From: a virus
DNA: 64,000 nt
IMG/VR virus record: IMGVR_UViG_3300042564_003823
Location: 32,189-96,188 of that record
Direction: 5' to 3' (one strand)
A program made the translations under genes and the position numbers. Of this stretch, positions 28,151-38,254 are shown piece after piece; the first letter of the stretch is position 1, and each line of letters opens with the position of its first letter. The notes under the pieces were generated by a model. The model saw nothing but the letters and a program-made list of their open reading frames with translations. It was not told the origin of the DNA and ran no database searches.

Positions 28151-30166
28151 TTAAAAATCTATTAATACGTTTATTTGTTGTCTTACTGTTGTTGGGTTTG
28201 TTGCATATGCAGGAGTATCCCACTCAATTTCTAATTTATCACCAGCAACAACAGGTAATGGTGATGTTAATGTATAGTTAATTAATGAGCTTGACGAATC
28301 AAAAGTCGCGGCGCTTGTTATGATTCTTGTGGTTGCTTGAGTTACGTTATTTATTGAAAGCGTATTTAATTCAGAAGACCCTAAAGTACCTCCAATTGTT
28401 CTTGATATAGAGACTTGTGTGATATTACCTGTTTTTTGTGTTATTAATCTTCTACCATCACTTGTTGATGTAACAGGGGCTAAATTAAATTGACCCCCAA
28501 TAAAATATGAGACACTATCTGAAGGACTGACGCTATCATGACCGAAGAGTAATGTTATCGAACCTCTTGGTGTGGTGGATGTCAAAGAACCTCCAGCAAC
28601 AACAACTTTAATACCATTTAAAGAACTATTTAATGTAACATCAAATGAATTTAACTGATAGTTACTAATATTTCCAAAAATTTGTTGATTAGTATTTGTA
28701 TCTATAATTTGTACTAATACTTCAGTTGTACCAAAATTGTGTGTTATTGAAACAGGAATTCCTGACGTATAATTATTTGTTTGACTATAAGTATATCCAG
28801 TACTGAATCCTGTAATAGAAAACGTACCACCCGTATTATTTGTAAATGTTGTGGTTCCTGCAGAATATGTACCGCCAGTTACTCTAACATCTGTAGGTAA
28901 GTTTTGATATGTTGTTGCACTAAATGTGTTTGCCGATAAACCACCTGTGAAATTAGTTGGGTTAGTTACTGTTCCTCCTGAAAAAGACCCACCACCCCCA
29001 CTAATACCTGTCAAATTAGAACCATCACCATAAAACGTAACTCCACTAATTGTTGTTGCGGAAATTGTATTTGCACTTAAACCATCAGTAAATGAAGTAG
29101 ACCCTGTTACAGTACCACCTGTAAATCCATTACTTAACGAACCATCACCCATAACATATTTTGATGATGTACCGCCTTGTGTAATAAATTTATCTGCATT
29201 TATGTATTGAAAATAATCTATTGAATTAGTACTAGTTCCTGTAAGCGTAGAACCTGGTTTATCATATACGGTGTTAATAATTGTGTAAATACCTGCAACA
29301 CTTATAGGTGCTACATTATTCCCCGCCGTAACAAGCACTTGGCTATTTATCAATGTTAATGTAGTCAAAGATCCCGTTATCGTTATACCATTACCACCTA
29401 AAGCAGTAACAATACAATCAACTATTGCTAAGTTACCTGCACTAGCTGATGGTGTTACTACACTATTACATCCCTTTATAATAACTTGTGCTGAGGCATC
29501 GTTTACTGATACTCCAACATTTTTATTACCGTTGATAATAGTGATGCCAGCACCAGAAATTTGAATACCTAAAGTACATTGCAGTTCTGAGTTAATAATT
29601 TCAACATAACCACTAGATGATTTGGTTACTTGAGTATCAACAGTACAGTTGCTTATATAAGCTTGAGCTGTTCCACTAATGACAAGGCTACTCATCTTCA
29701 AACCTGAAATGCGAGTACCAGAACCTAATGTCCCAATAGTTAATGTACCTGATAATAGAGTATTTGCTCCTGTTAACTCTGATGTTGAAATTGTCGTATT
29801 AGTGTTAGCGACCGTAACATTTTCTGAATAAGTACCAGGGTGGATAATTATTGTTTTACGAGACCCAGTAAGTAAGGTTAATGCCTTAGTAATGGTCGCA
29901 ACAGGATTAAGTAAATCACCATTACCTGTAGTATCATTTCCATCTACGGTGCTAACGTGAATTTCATAATCATATGTTGGTAAATTAATATATGTTGTTG
30001 CTGATATTGTTGTTGCAGATACCCCATTAGTAAATTGGGTTGCTCCTGATACAGTTCCACCTGTAAAAGTTCCTCCACCTGAAATACCTGTTAAATTAGA
30101 CCCGTCACCATAAAAAGTTGTTCCACTTATTGTTGTTGCACTTATTATATCTGTATTAAATCCCAT
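28151..30166 (-). CDS. Tail fibre/spike protein with a pectin-lyase-like beta-helix
   Basis: VS..DGND.TG.G...P.ATI.KA, I.PGTYSE; SATT/TGGT repeats; ITHNFGT..V.VQ module. Confidence 0.7.
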   Translation of the reverse strand: MGFNTDIISATTISGTTFYGDGSNLTGISGGGTFTGGTVSGATQFTNGVSATTISATTYINLPTYDYEIHVSTVDGNDTTGNGDLLNPVATITKALTLLTGSRKTIIIHPGTYSENVTVANTNTTISTSELTGANTLLSGTLTIGTLGSGTRISGLKMSSLVISGTAQAYISNCTVDTQVTKSSSGYVEIINSELQCTLGIQISGAGITIINGNKNVGVSVNDASAQVIIKGCNSVVTPSASAGNLAIVDCIVTALGGNGITITGSLTTLTLINSQVLVTAGNNVAPISVAGIYTIINTVYDKPGSTLTGTSTNSIDYFQYINADKFITQGGTSSKYVMGDGSLSNGFTGGTVTGSTSFTDGLSANTISATTISGVTFYGDGSNLTGISGGGGSFSGGTVTNPTNFTGGLSANTFSATTYQNLPTDVRVTGGTYSAGTTTFTNNTGGTFSITGFSTGYTYSQTNNYTSGIPVSITHNFGTTEVLVQIIDTNTNQQIFGNISNYQLNSFDVTLNSSLNGIKVVVAGGSLTSTTPRGSITLLFGHDSVSPSDSVSYFIGGQFNLAPVTSTSDGRRLITQKTGNITQVSISRTIGGTLGSSELNTLSINNVTQATTRIITSAATFDSSSSLINYTLTSPLPVVAGDKLEIEWDTPAYATNPTTVRQQINVLIDF
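28891..29059. repeat. 169-bp near-identical repeat, copy 2 (a diverged third copy lies at ~29975-30143)
   Basis: Encodes ATTISGVTFYGDGSNLTGISGGGGSFSGGTVTNPTNFTGGLSANTFSATTYQNLPT. Confidence 0.9.
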
Positions 30167-30172
30167 ATCTTT

Positions 30173-31075
30173 TTAATTAAATGTTCCTGAAATTATCCAA
30201 ACACCACCAACTCTTTTTTCAACAATAAAGTTAGATCCTGATATTCTCATTCTCCACGAACCGTTGGTATTATCATCCCCAAAATAAAGGTATCCTGTTG
30301 ATTCTATATATGTGTTTGATGTTTGTAATGTTGTCGCACTTAAACTACCGTTAATTGTTAAACCACTAACCGAATCAATATACGCATTAAAAGTGGTATT
30401 TGTGTTATCTGTTAAAGTTATTGTATTTGTTAAATTATCATAGGTAACTCCTGTTAAAAACGTATTTGAGTCTCCAGTTAATGAACTAATATTAACAGTA
30501 TATGCTGAAGGTGATACGTTAGTATCAAAATAAATAATACCATTATTGTAAGATGCACCTGTTGTAAAAACGTCAGTACTTCCGGTGAAAAAACCATTGA
30601 CCGTTACATCTGTACCGTTACTTGTAGATAATGTTAATGTCCCTCCAGAGTATGTCCCTGAAGTAATTAAATCGCCAAATGTTGGCAAATCAACCAAAAC
30701 GGTTTGTCCTGAACCACTAACAGTGATAGTTCCACCACTTAAAATTAAATTACCATTTAATATTATTAATTGAGAATTGTCATTTAATATCAATTCACCT
30801 AAAACATATAAATCACCATACACAAAACTTTGTGAATATGAACCAATTTCAACAGTACTTCCTGAAGGTACATACCACCTACTGTCAGCATTAATATCAA
30901 TCAAAGCATTTGCAATTGTACCACCGGTAGGGTTTGTGAGTGTAAGAGTATTTGCAGAAAACGTCATTCCAGACACACCTAAAGATTGTAGATAATATAA
31001 ATTATTATCCATATCTAAATTGGTTAATTTTGACCCCTTAGCGTCTGGTCCATATTGTCTTGTAACTAAACTCAT
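30173..31075 (-). CDS. Tail fibre proximal/anchor protein
   Basis: N-terminal R....KGSKLT..DMDNN.. fibre-anchor motif; rich in S/T/G. Confidence 0.65.
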   Translation of the reverse strand: MSLVTRQYGPDAKGSKLTNLDMDNNLYYLQSLGVSGMTFSANTLTLTNPTGGTIANALIDINADSRWYVPSGSTVEIGSYSQSFVYGDLYVLGELILNDNSQLIILNGNLILSGGTITVSGSGQTVLVDLPTFGDLITSGTYSGGTLTLSTSNGTDVTVNGFFTGSTDVFTTGASYNNGIIYFDTNVSPSAYTVNISSLTGDSNTFLTGVTYDNLTNTITLTDNTNTTFNAYIDSVSGLTINGSLSATTLQTSNTYIESTGYLYFGDDNTNGSWRMRISGSNFIVEKRVGGVWIISGTFN

Positions 31076-31100
31076 TTTTTTTATTTAATAAATATATTGT

Positions 31101-33029
31101 TTATTCAAAATACCCACACTCAATGTAATCTCCATCAATATACTCGTTGGTACAAAGACAATTAGGACACCAAAAATTAAGTAAATTAAATTTATCATTT
31201 AGTATTCTAAAGTTATGCTGTATTTGTGGAGAACTTAAAGGTTCAACGTACATCCTAAATTGAGATATTGCACCCATAAAAGTCCCACCAAAATTTTGTT
31301 CTAATAAAATGTTTGTTGAAAGTCCTGATAAAGTTGTTGCAGATAAAATGTTATTTGGGAACAATTCGGGATCTTGCATATAAGGGACGTTTGGTAATGA
31401 GCAACCTGAAAAAATTAAGTGATCGTGTAACCCTTGAGTACCCCCACCGAACGAAATATTAAAAGGAACGCCAACTTGTTTTTCTTTTTCTGTATTTAAT
31501 TCTCTTGGAATTATCTCTTCAAAATCTTCAATCACTAAAAGCAAATACCCATTTACGTAAAGTTTTAATGTTCCTAACCTATAATCTAATTCATCAAACC
31601 ATTTTCTATCAAAACGTATTTTATGTATTTTTCTTTCAGGTGTTGAACCTGGATGTGTTTCAGGTGGTGATATTAAATTTATTGATTTACCGTCTATTGA
31701 TGATTGTGTTGTAATAACCCTTAAATCATTTAACCCACCGAGATTTAATAAATCACAATCTTCAATTGTTGTGTACCGTTCAAATACGGCACTTATCATT
31801 ACCCACCTTTCTTCGGTTGTATCGTTACAATCAAATCCACATATATCATAAATTGGTGGTGTGTAATATTCATTAATTGTATAACCTGTTTGAAAAGTCA
31901 CCCCAGTCGTTTCACAATATCCCGTTGTTACACAATCCCCCGTTATTTTGATGTATCTAACACAAAGACTTGGATTTTCAGGACATCCACTAAACTTTAA
32001 CGACATCGCATTAGATAAAACGTCAAATTTTGGGTCTGTTTCTGGCAGCGGTACGTTTACTGTACTCACACAACCACAATTACAAGAAGTGTCATGTATC
32101 GTTGTAGAACCGGCATCGGGGTAAACTCTTATACAATCGGAATTTGTAACCGCACTATTTGAACAACCACAAGTTTCAATACAAGTTAATTCATTTGTAA
32201 CCCTAGTATACCCACTATCCGATTGCGGGGATCCCGTTGCACTATGATAAAATTTATTTTCAGCTCTTGTACCAAAATAAAAGAACGTACCAGCATTAGA
32301 TGGGTATATATCATTTAAATATTGTTCGGTGATAGGATTTATAGAATACTCTTCAAACGTTCTTGGTTTTAACATCATTTCGACAGACCAACCTTTATTC
32401 ACTCTTTCAGGAAAAACTTCATAATCATACCCATTTAATTTATAAAACCCTTGATAAAATCCACCGTATAGTTCTTGGTAATACCCAACCGTTGACGCAC
32501 TTTTAGAAACAATATTATAAACGGTTTCTTTAGGTCTTCCTGAAAATCTTACATTCGGCAGATTCACTAAACTTCTTACAGGGTGCATTTTAAATCTACT
32601 GTCCCTATAGTGAGGATTAAACTTGTAAGTGTCATCAACACCTTTAATATAATATAACGTTTGTCCCGTTAGTCCAGTAAATAATCCGTTATCTGTACCA
32701 ACCAAACCAACATCACAAATTCCCGTGTATGCCGTATAACAACTAAAATCTAAATTTTTTGGATTATAAAAATTTGAAGATACTAGTGTATTATTTACCA
32801 CATAGTCCCCAAAAACAATATTTGACTGTAAAGTGTTTCCGGTATTGTCAAGCTGTATTGATATTGGTAGTCTGTTTCCATCATTAAATGCTATCACTTC
32901 GGTAGAAAACACAACCTCCTCATCATAGCTGCCTTCATCTGACGCTAAAGTTAAGTCAAAATACTGACCATAATTCAGTTTTGTGGTGTATTTTGGGTAA
33001 TAATAAGAATTAATATTTTGACTTGGCAT
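31101..33029 (-). CDS. Structural protein with a LamG-like fold and Cys-rich inserts
   Basis: GWSVEMMLKP, LKLYVNG, FMGAISQFRMYVEPLS..QIQHNF. Confidence 0.55.
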   Translation of the reverse strand: MPSQNINSYYYPKYTTKLNYGQYFDLTLASDEGSYDEEVVFSTEVIAFNDGNRLPISIQLDNTGNTLQSNIVFGDYVVNNTLVSSNFYNPKNLDFSCYTAYTGICDVGLVGTDNGLFTGLTGQTLYYIKGVDDTYKFNPHYRDSRFKMHPVRSLVNLPNVRFSGRPKETVYNIVSKSASTVGYYQELYGGFYQGFYKLNGYDYEVFPERVNKGWSVEMMLKPRTFEEYSINPITEQYLNDIYPSNAGTFFYFGTRAENKFYHSATGSPQSDSGYTRVTNELTCIETCGCSNSAVTNSDCIRVYPDAGSTTIHDTSCNCGCVSTVNVPLPETDPKFDVLSNAMSLKFSGCPENPSLCVRYIKITGDCVTTGYCETTGVTFQTGYTINEYYTPPIYDICGFDCNDTTEERWVMISAVFERYTTIEDCDLLNLGGLNDLRVITTQSSIDGKSINLISPPETHPGSTPERKIHKIRFDRKWFDELDYRLGTLKLYVNGYLLLVIEDFEEIIPRELNTEKEKQVGVPFNISFGGGTQGLHDHLIFSGCSLPNVPYMQDPELFPNNILSATTLSGLSTNILLEQNFGGTFMGAISQFRMYVEPLSSPQIQHNFRILNDKFNLLNFWCPNCLCTNEYIDGDYIECGYFE

Positions 33030-33040
33030 TCTTTTTTATG

Positions 33041-33067
33041 ATAAATAGTTTAATCGCGGTATTTATA
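33041..33067. promoter_or_regulatory. Back-to-back divergent TATTTAT motifs
   Basis: ATAAATA at 33041-33047 (serves the minus-strand gene starting at 33029) and TATTTATA at 33060-33067 (serves the plus-strand gene starting at 33080). Confidence 0.65.
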
Positions 33068-33079
33068 GGTAAAGCCTAG

Positions 33080-33835
33080 ATGAAAACATATAAATATTCA
33101 ACAAAGGAAAGAGCTGAAAGAGTTGCAAAAACTTTAGGGTGTTCTGGATTTCATTATCATAACGAAGATGGTAATAGAAAATATATGCCATGTAAGGATA
33201 TGAAAACCTTTAAAGAAAAAACAAAAAAACAAACTAAGGGTAAAGAAACTGAAGTTAATGAGTTAATAGACGATGATGGGACTTGGTTAACATCTGCTAT
33301 TCCAATATTAGATCCTGCAAGTGCAGGTATCGGTACTAAAACCACCGACCAAATTGTCCCTGCCGCTAGAATGCCAAGAGACCCACTATTAAGGGGTTGG
33401 TACGGATACTATGGTGAGGGTACAATTGCCGAAGAAGATATGGCAGACGCCTTTGGTTATGAAGACACTATGTTTATGGACTACGATGAAACAGTTAGAT
33501 ACTTTCAAAAAAAATTAGGTTTAGACAAAGACTCGGCAATAGAAAGAACCGTTCAACAAGGTAAAAAACCTAAATTACACAAAAGAACACCAAAAAAAAT
33601 AAGTAAATTAAAAAATTATATTGATAGACTTATTTTAAAAGAAAAGGAGATTGACGAATCAGAAATTGCCGAAGATATTTTAGTTGATAAATCAAAAAGA
33701 GATAGTTTAGAAAAAAAAGAACAAAGTGATGTCAATAACATTATTTTGAAAAATATAAAGTCCTTGAAAAAAATGGCAAATAGTCAAGGTATAACAACAC
33801 AACAATTAGTAAGATTAATAAGTCGTGAACAGTAA
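33080..33835 (+). CDS. Late protein with an N-terminal Cys/His (LGC.G.H.H...YMPC) module
   Basis: AERVAKTLGCSGFHYH....YMPC; TATTTATA at 33060-33067. Confidence 0.55.
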   Translation: MKTYKYSTKERAERVAKTLGCSGFHYHNEDGNRKYMPCKDMKTFKEKTKKQTKGKETEVNELIDDDGTWLTSAIPILDPASAGIGTKTTDQIVPAARMPRDPLLRGWYGYYGEGTIAEEDMADAFGYEDTMFMDYDETVRYFQKKLGLDKDSAIERTVQQGKKPKLHKRTPKKISKLKNYIDRLILKEKEIDESEIAEDILVDKSKRDSLEKKEQSDVNNIILKNIKSLKKMANSQGITTQQLVRLISREQ

Positions 33836-34286
33836 TTTATATGATAGAAAGGCAAAATTGCCAGATGATTTAATTAAACATTTAAAACAATGTTTTTCTT
33901 CTGTTAATGCTGATACTAATACTGAAGGGTATAATAGAAATGAAGAAATAACAAAAAGTGGTGTAGTTACGTACCAACAAATCAAAAGAATAAAAAATTG
34001 GTTTGATGGTTATAGTGGAAAAAAAGAAGATGCTCCATTTATTTTAAATGGTGGTGATAGAATGAAAAGTTGGTGTGATGAGGTTTTACGTGTTTGGAGA
34101 GATAATGACTCATCAAGTAAACAACATAAATCAGATGGTGGAATGCAAAATCAATTTTTAGACTCTCACGAAAAAAATAACTTTAACCTAAATGATAAAC
34201 ATGGTTCTACAGCTGACGAATTAAAAGTGGAATCTATAAATGAAGAAATAAATAGAATAAATAAACTTATAAAAATAACACAATAA
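33825..34286 (+). CDS. Hypothetical late protein
   Basis: GTG start overlapping the upstream stop; C-terminal ESINEEINRINKLI. Confidence 0.55.
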   Translation: MNSNLYDRKAKLPDDLIKHLKQCFSSVNADTNTEGYNRNEEITKSGVVTYQQIKRIKNWFDGYSGKKEDAPFILNGGDRMKSWCDEVLRVWRDNDSSSKQHKSDGGMQNQFLDSHEKNNFNLNDKHGSTADELKVESINEEINRINKLIKITQ

Positions 34287-34579
34287 TGGCAGTTCAATCA
34301 GATAAATTAGATTTCTCTCAACCTGACAATGCGTTGTCAAAAATCGCAGAAGAGCAAAGAAAAAAATTGTTTCCAAGAAATGACTACAAACCAACCGATC
34401 AATATTCATCAGTTCATCCTGATGCAATTGCTAATGGCGATAAATTAGGTAGAGGTACTGGTGTTGAGTTAGACGTTTATAACCAAAAAATAGGTACTGC
34501 GTCCGATATCCAAGACAGAAAAGAAGATTTAAAGGTTAATAAATATTCGTCAAATAACCCATATTACAACGTTAAATGA
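34286..34579 (+). CDS. Hypothetical protein
   Basis: Translationally coupled to both neighbours. Confidence 0.55.
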   Translation: MAVQSDKLDFSQPDNALSKIAEEQRKKLFPRNDYKPTDQYSSVHPDAIANGDKLGRGTGVELDVYNQKIGTASDIQDRKEDLKVNKYSSNNPYYNVK

Positions 34580-34974
34580 AACTATTAAATAGTTTAAAAT
34601 ATGTTATATCAGAGGCCGCATCTTTGGGTGATGTTCAAGATTCTATAAAAAAGAAGTCTGTAACGATTATTTATTATGATGGTGATGACAATGGAGGTAA
34701 AGGTCTTAGAACTATTGAACCTGTATGCTTAGGTTACAGTAAAAAAGGAAATTTAGTTTTAAGAGCTTGGGAACAAGAGGGGTCCTCATGGAGTGCAAAA
34801 AATAAAGGAAATGTTTTACCCGGATGGAGATTATTTAGGTTAGATAAAATCTTTACATATAAACCAACGATGGATAAATTTGTAGAAGTAAGACCAAACT
34901 ATAACCCAACAGGAGACAGGTCTATGGAAAGGGTCATAATAAACGCAAAGTTTAATAACGAAGAAAACATATAA
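34576..34974 (+). CDS. Stand-alone WYL-domain protein
   Basis: I.Y.G......R.IEP..LG......LRAW......GWRLFRLDKI. Confidence 0.75.
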   Translation: MKLLNSLKYVISEAASLGDVQDSIKKKSVTIIYYDGDDNGGKGLRTIEPVCLGYSKKGNLVLRAWEQEGSSWSAKNKGNVLPGWRLFRLDKIFTYKPTMDKFVEVRPNYNPTGDRSMERVIINAKFNNEENI

Positions 34975-34980
34975 ATAATT

Positions 34981-35628
34981 ATGGGAAACGAAATGGATTT
35001 AATGCAAAGACTTGCAGTGTCAAAAAAAATAATGGAAAAGGCCGAACAAATTAAAACAGGTTCAGTTGATAGTAGAAAATTTAATATTCCAGAAGTTCAA
35101 GAATACGAGCCGGTAAACGCAAAATATAATTTACCACAAGAATATTTAGCCGAATCTACACAACAAACATCTTATCACGATCCATCAAAACCGTTAGATA
35201 ATGATAGGGTTATGAGTTCCAAATTACCAGATGAAATAAAAAGACTTATGATAGAAAATCCTATTGTACAACCAACAAACGTAAATGGTTCGGCAACTAT
35301 ATCTGAAGAAGTAATACAAGGAGCACAAAGATTAATGAATATGGGTAAAACTAATATATCAGATTTACCAAATAAAAATGTATCGGAAAAAATTAGTGAG
35401 ACTGAACCAAAAACAAATTACACTACATCTAATATTAATATTAATGAAATTAAAAATATGATTAGAGATGTGGTAAGGGATACTGTAAGAGATGTGGTAA
35501 GGGAAGAACTAAAACAGGCGGGTATGATTGTTGAGTCAACATCCAACTCTAACGAAACAATACAATTTAAAGTAGGTCAACATTTGTTTATTGGTAAGGT
35601 AACAAAAATAAAAAAGTTAGAAAAATAA
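34981..35628 (+). CDS. Hypothetical late protein
   Basis: SKLPDEIKRLMIENPI; RDVVRDTVRDVVREEL (24-nt period duplication at 35464-35504). Confidence 0.55.
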   Translation: MGNEMDLMQRLAVSKKIMEKAEQIKTGSVDSRKFNIPEVQEYEPVNAKYNLPQEYLAESTQQTSYHDPSKPLDNDRVMSSKLPDEIKRLMIENPIVQPTNVNGSATISEEVIQGAQRLMNMGKTNISDLPNKNVSEKISETEPKTNYTTSNININEIKNMIRDVVRDTVRDVVREELKQAGMIVESTSNSNETIQFKVGQHLFIGKVTKIKKLEK

Positions 35629-35646
35629 AGTCGTGTATCATAGACT

Positions 35647-35679
35647 AAATCCACCTCAAAAGGGTGGATTTTTTGTTTT
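35647..35679 (+). terminator. Rho-independent terminator
   Basis: AAATCCACC-TCAAAAG-GGTGGATTT followed by TTTGTTTT. Confidence 0.8.
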
Positions 35680-35713
35680 ATAATTATTATATTTTACTTA
35701 AATAAATTTTTAT

Positions 35714-36925
35714 ATGAGTAAAATTAAAGTATTAGTACTCCCATCAGACAGAACAGGTGTGGGAAAATTCAGAAGTGTTGATCCGCACGTTATGTTACAA
35801 AATAACCATTCGGAAGATTTTCACGTAGATATTGATTACGAACCAAAAATTAATGATATAAACTATTGGAAGCAATATGATATCGTTCATTTTCATAGAA
35901 GTATTGGTCAAGATTATAACCAAGCACCAATATTAATACAACGATTAAATGATATGGGTATTATTACCATTATGGATTTGGATGATTATTGGTTACCAAC
36001 AAAAGAACATCCTGTACATCAATTGGTATTACAAAATAAATTACATGAAAAAATCTTGGCAAATATGAAGGTTGCGGGACATGTTGTTACCACAACTTCT
36101 ATTTTCGCCACAGAAATATCAAAGTACAATAAAAATGTTTATGTGTTACCAAACGCAATTAACCCAAATGAATCTCAATTTAAACAAGAAACATTAAAGT
36201 CAGAAAAGTTACGTTTTGGTTGGTTAGGTGGTTCATCACATTTACATGATTTAAAATTGTTAGACGGAACAATAAATAAATTAAAACCTTATAAAGATCA
36301 GTTTAGTATGTATCTTTGTGGTTTTGATACAAGAGGTACTGTTACAGAAATTAATAAAGAAACTGGTGAACAAAAACAAAGACCTATTAACCCCGAAGAA
36401 ACGGTGTGGGCTCGTTATGAAGAAATATTCACAGACAATTACAGAATGGTGGATCCACAACATAAAGACTTTTTAATGAAATTTAAAGAGGAAGATTATA
36501 ATTCTAATGTTTTACCATTCTATAATCGTGTATGGACAAAACCTGTTACAAGTTATGCGGCAAATTATAGATGGTTTGATGTGTCATTAGCACCAATTAA
36601 AAATCATATCTTTAATAGAGTTAAATCACAACTTAAAGTTATTGAGGCTGGATTCTATAAGAAGGCAATAATAGCATCAAACGTTGGTCCATATACTATA
36701 GACTTGAAACATTCACTTAAAAATGGTGAGTTTGTTGACGGGAACGCATTACTTGTTGATGAAGTGAGGACGGGAGATTGGTCAAAGTACATGAAAAAAT
36801 TAATTGACAATCCTAATTGGGCATATGATTTAGGTCAAAGACTATACGAAACGGTTAAAGACACGTATGACCTAAATAAGGTAACAAAGGACAGAGCAGA
36901 ATTATATAAATCTTTAGTAAAATGA
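35714..36925 (+). CDS. Glycosyltransferase (GT-B, GT4-like)
   Basis: DLDDYW, VLPNAI, GWLGGSSHLHDL, LAPI....FN..KSQLKVIEAG. Confidence 0.8.
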   Translation: MSKIKVLVLPSDRTGVGKFRSVDPHVMLQNNHSEDFHVDIDYEPKINDINYWKQYDIVHFHRSIGQDYNQAPILIQRLNDMGIITIMDLDDYWLPTKEHPVHQLVLQNKLHEKILANMKVAGHVVTTTSIFATEISKYNKNVYVLPNAINPNESQFKQETLKSEKLRFGWLGGSSHLHDLKLLDGTINKLKPYKDQFSMYLCGFDTRGTVTEINKETGEQKQRPINPEETVWARYEEIFTDNYRMVDPQHKDFLMKFKEEDYNSNVLPFYNRVWTKPVTSYAANYRWFDVSLAPIKNHIFNRVKSQLKVIEAGFYKKAIIASNVGPYTIDLKHSLKNGEFVDGNALLVDEVRTGDWSKYMKKLIDNPNWAYDLGQRLYETVKDTYDLNKVTKDRAELYKSLVK

Positions 36926-37650
36926 TAAACATACCCATTACAAAAATATTATTCTTGGATATTGAAACTGTCGGTATCTGTAAAGATTGGTCTACATGCC
37001 AAGAAACAAACCCAAAGGTTGCTGAACAATTTGTTAAATACTTTGATTGGTTTTTGAAAAGGTTTCCTGAAGATAATTACGAAACTGATGGTCTTGAAGA
37101 AGATCTTCAAAAGATGAACGATGTTTATTCTAAACGATCGGCACTTGTTCCTGAGTTTGCAAAGATTGTTTGTGTATCAATGGCATTTGTGATGGAAAAT
37201 GGTGAAATTAAAAAACAAACATTTTCAGGTGATGACGAAAAAGAGTTATTATTACAAGTAAGAAATCTTCTTGACAGATGTCAAAAGTTAGATTTTTATC
37301 TTTGTGGTCATAACTTAAAGAATTTTGATATACCTATGATTGCAAAAAGAATGATTATTAATGGAATAATGCCATCAAAATTATTACCTTCATATGACAC
37401 AAAGCCTTGGGAAGTTAAAGCCATAGACACAAAAGAAATTTGGCAATATGGTGCATACTCATCAATTGGATCTTTAGATTTGGTGTGTGCAACATTAGAT
37501 ATACCCACACCTAAAGATGGTGAAATAAATGGGGGTATGGTTCATGAAGCATATTGGAATCATAATAGATTACAAGAAATTGCAGAGTATTGTGAAAAAG
37601 ATGTAAACGTATTAATAGATTTTATAAAAAAATTAAAAAATTTAAAATGA
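36922..37650 (+). CDS. Stand-alone DEDD 3'-5' exonuclease (PolB exonuclease-like)
   Basis: LDIETV, GHNLKNFDIP, YCEKDV. Confidence 0.85.
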   Translation: MINIPITKILFLDIETVGICKDWSTCQETNPKVAEQFVKYFDWFLKRFPEDNYETDGLEEDLQKMNDVYSKRSALVPEFAKIVCVSMAFVMENGEIKKQTFSGDDEKELLLQVRNLLDRCQKLDFYLCGHNLKNFDIPMIAKRMIINGIMPSKLLPSYDTKPWEVKAIDTKEIWQYGAYSSIGSLDLVCATLDIPTPKDGEINGGMVHEAYWNHNRLQEIAEYCEKDVNVLIDFIKKLKNLK

Positions 37651-38249
37651 GTGAAAAATTAAAAAAGGTAATGGACAACATAAAAAAATTAAGGTCCGTA
37701 CAAAATAAAGTTTCGGGGTTTAACGAATCAAATGGTGAATTTAATATTGAAGACTTAGTATCAAATATGGGAGACTTAGATGACGTTTTGTATGATCAAT
37801 CACAAGGTAAATTAAATTTAGAATATACAAATGATTCTGATAATAAAGAACCGGAATACGCATATAAATCAGACTCAGGGTTTGATTTAAGATCTACAGA
37901 AGAAATGTGGGTCCAAGCAAATGATAGAAAACTTATACCAACAGGACTTAAATTTGATATACCAGATGGGTATGAAATACAAGTTAGAAGTAAAAGTGGT
38001 TTGGCATTAAAACAAGGACTGATGGTTTTAAATTCACCAGGTACTGTTGATAGCGGATATCAAGGAGAAGTTAAAGTTATTATTTTTAATACCACAAATG
38101 AAAGAATTAAAATTGAAAAGGGTCAAAAAATTGCACAAGCAGTTCTTTGTCCTGTAGTAAACGGAAAATGGGTTAATTTAATTAAAGTGGAAGAGATCGG
38201 TGAGAAAGATAGAAATAATCAAGGTTTCGGATCAACTGGATTAAAATAA
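37647..38249 (+). CDS. dut: dUTPase (trimeric)
   Basis: SGFDL, RSKSGLA, GTVDSGYQGE, IAQAV, RNNQGFGSTG. Confidence 0.93.
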   Translation: MSEKLKKVMDNIKKLRSVQNKVSGFNESNGEFNIEDLVSNMGDLDDVLYDQSQGKLNLEYTNDSDNKEPEYAYKSDSGFDLRSTEEMWVQANDRKLIPTGLKFDIPDGYEIQVRSKSGLALKQGLMVLNSPGTVDSGYQGEVKVIIFNTTNERIKIEKGQKIAQAVLCPVVNGKWVNLIKVEEIGEKDRNNQGFGSTGLK

Positions 38250-38254
38250 TTAAG

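Noticed and set aside
27251-29059. Diversity-generating retroelement TR/VR pair
   Set aside because: The mismatches are synonymous and not adenine-specific, both copies lie mid-gene, and there is no reverse transcriptase in the window
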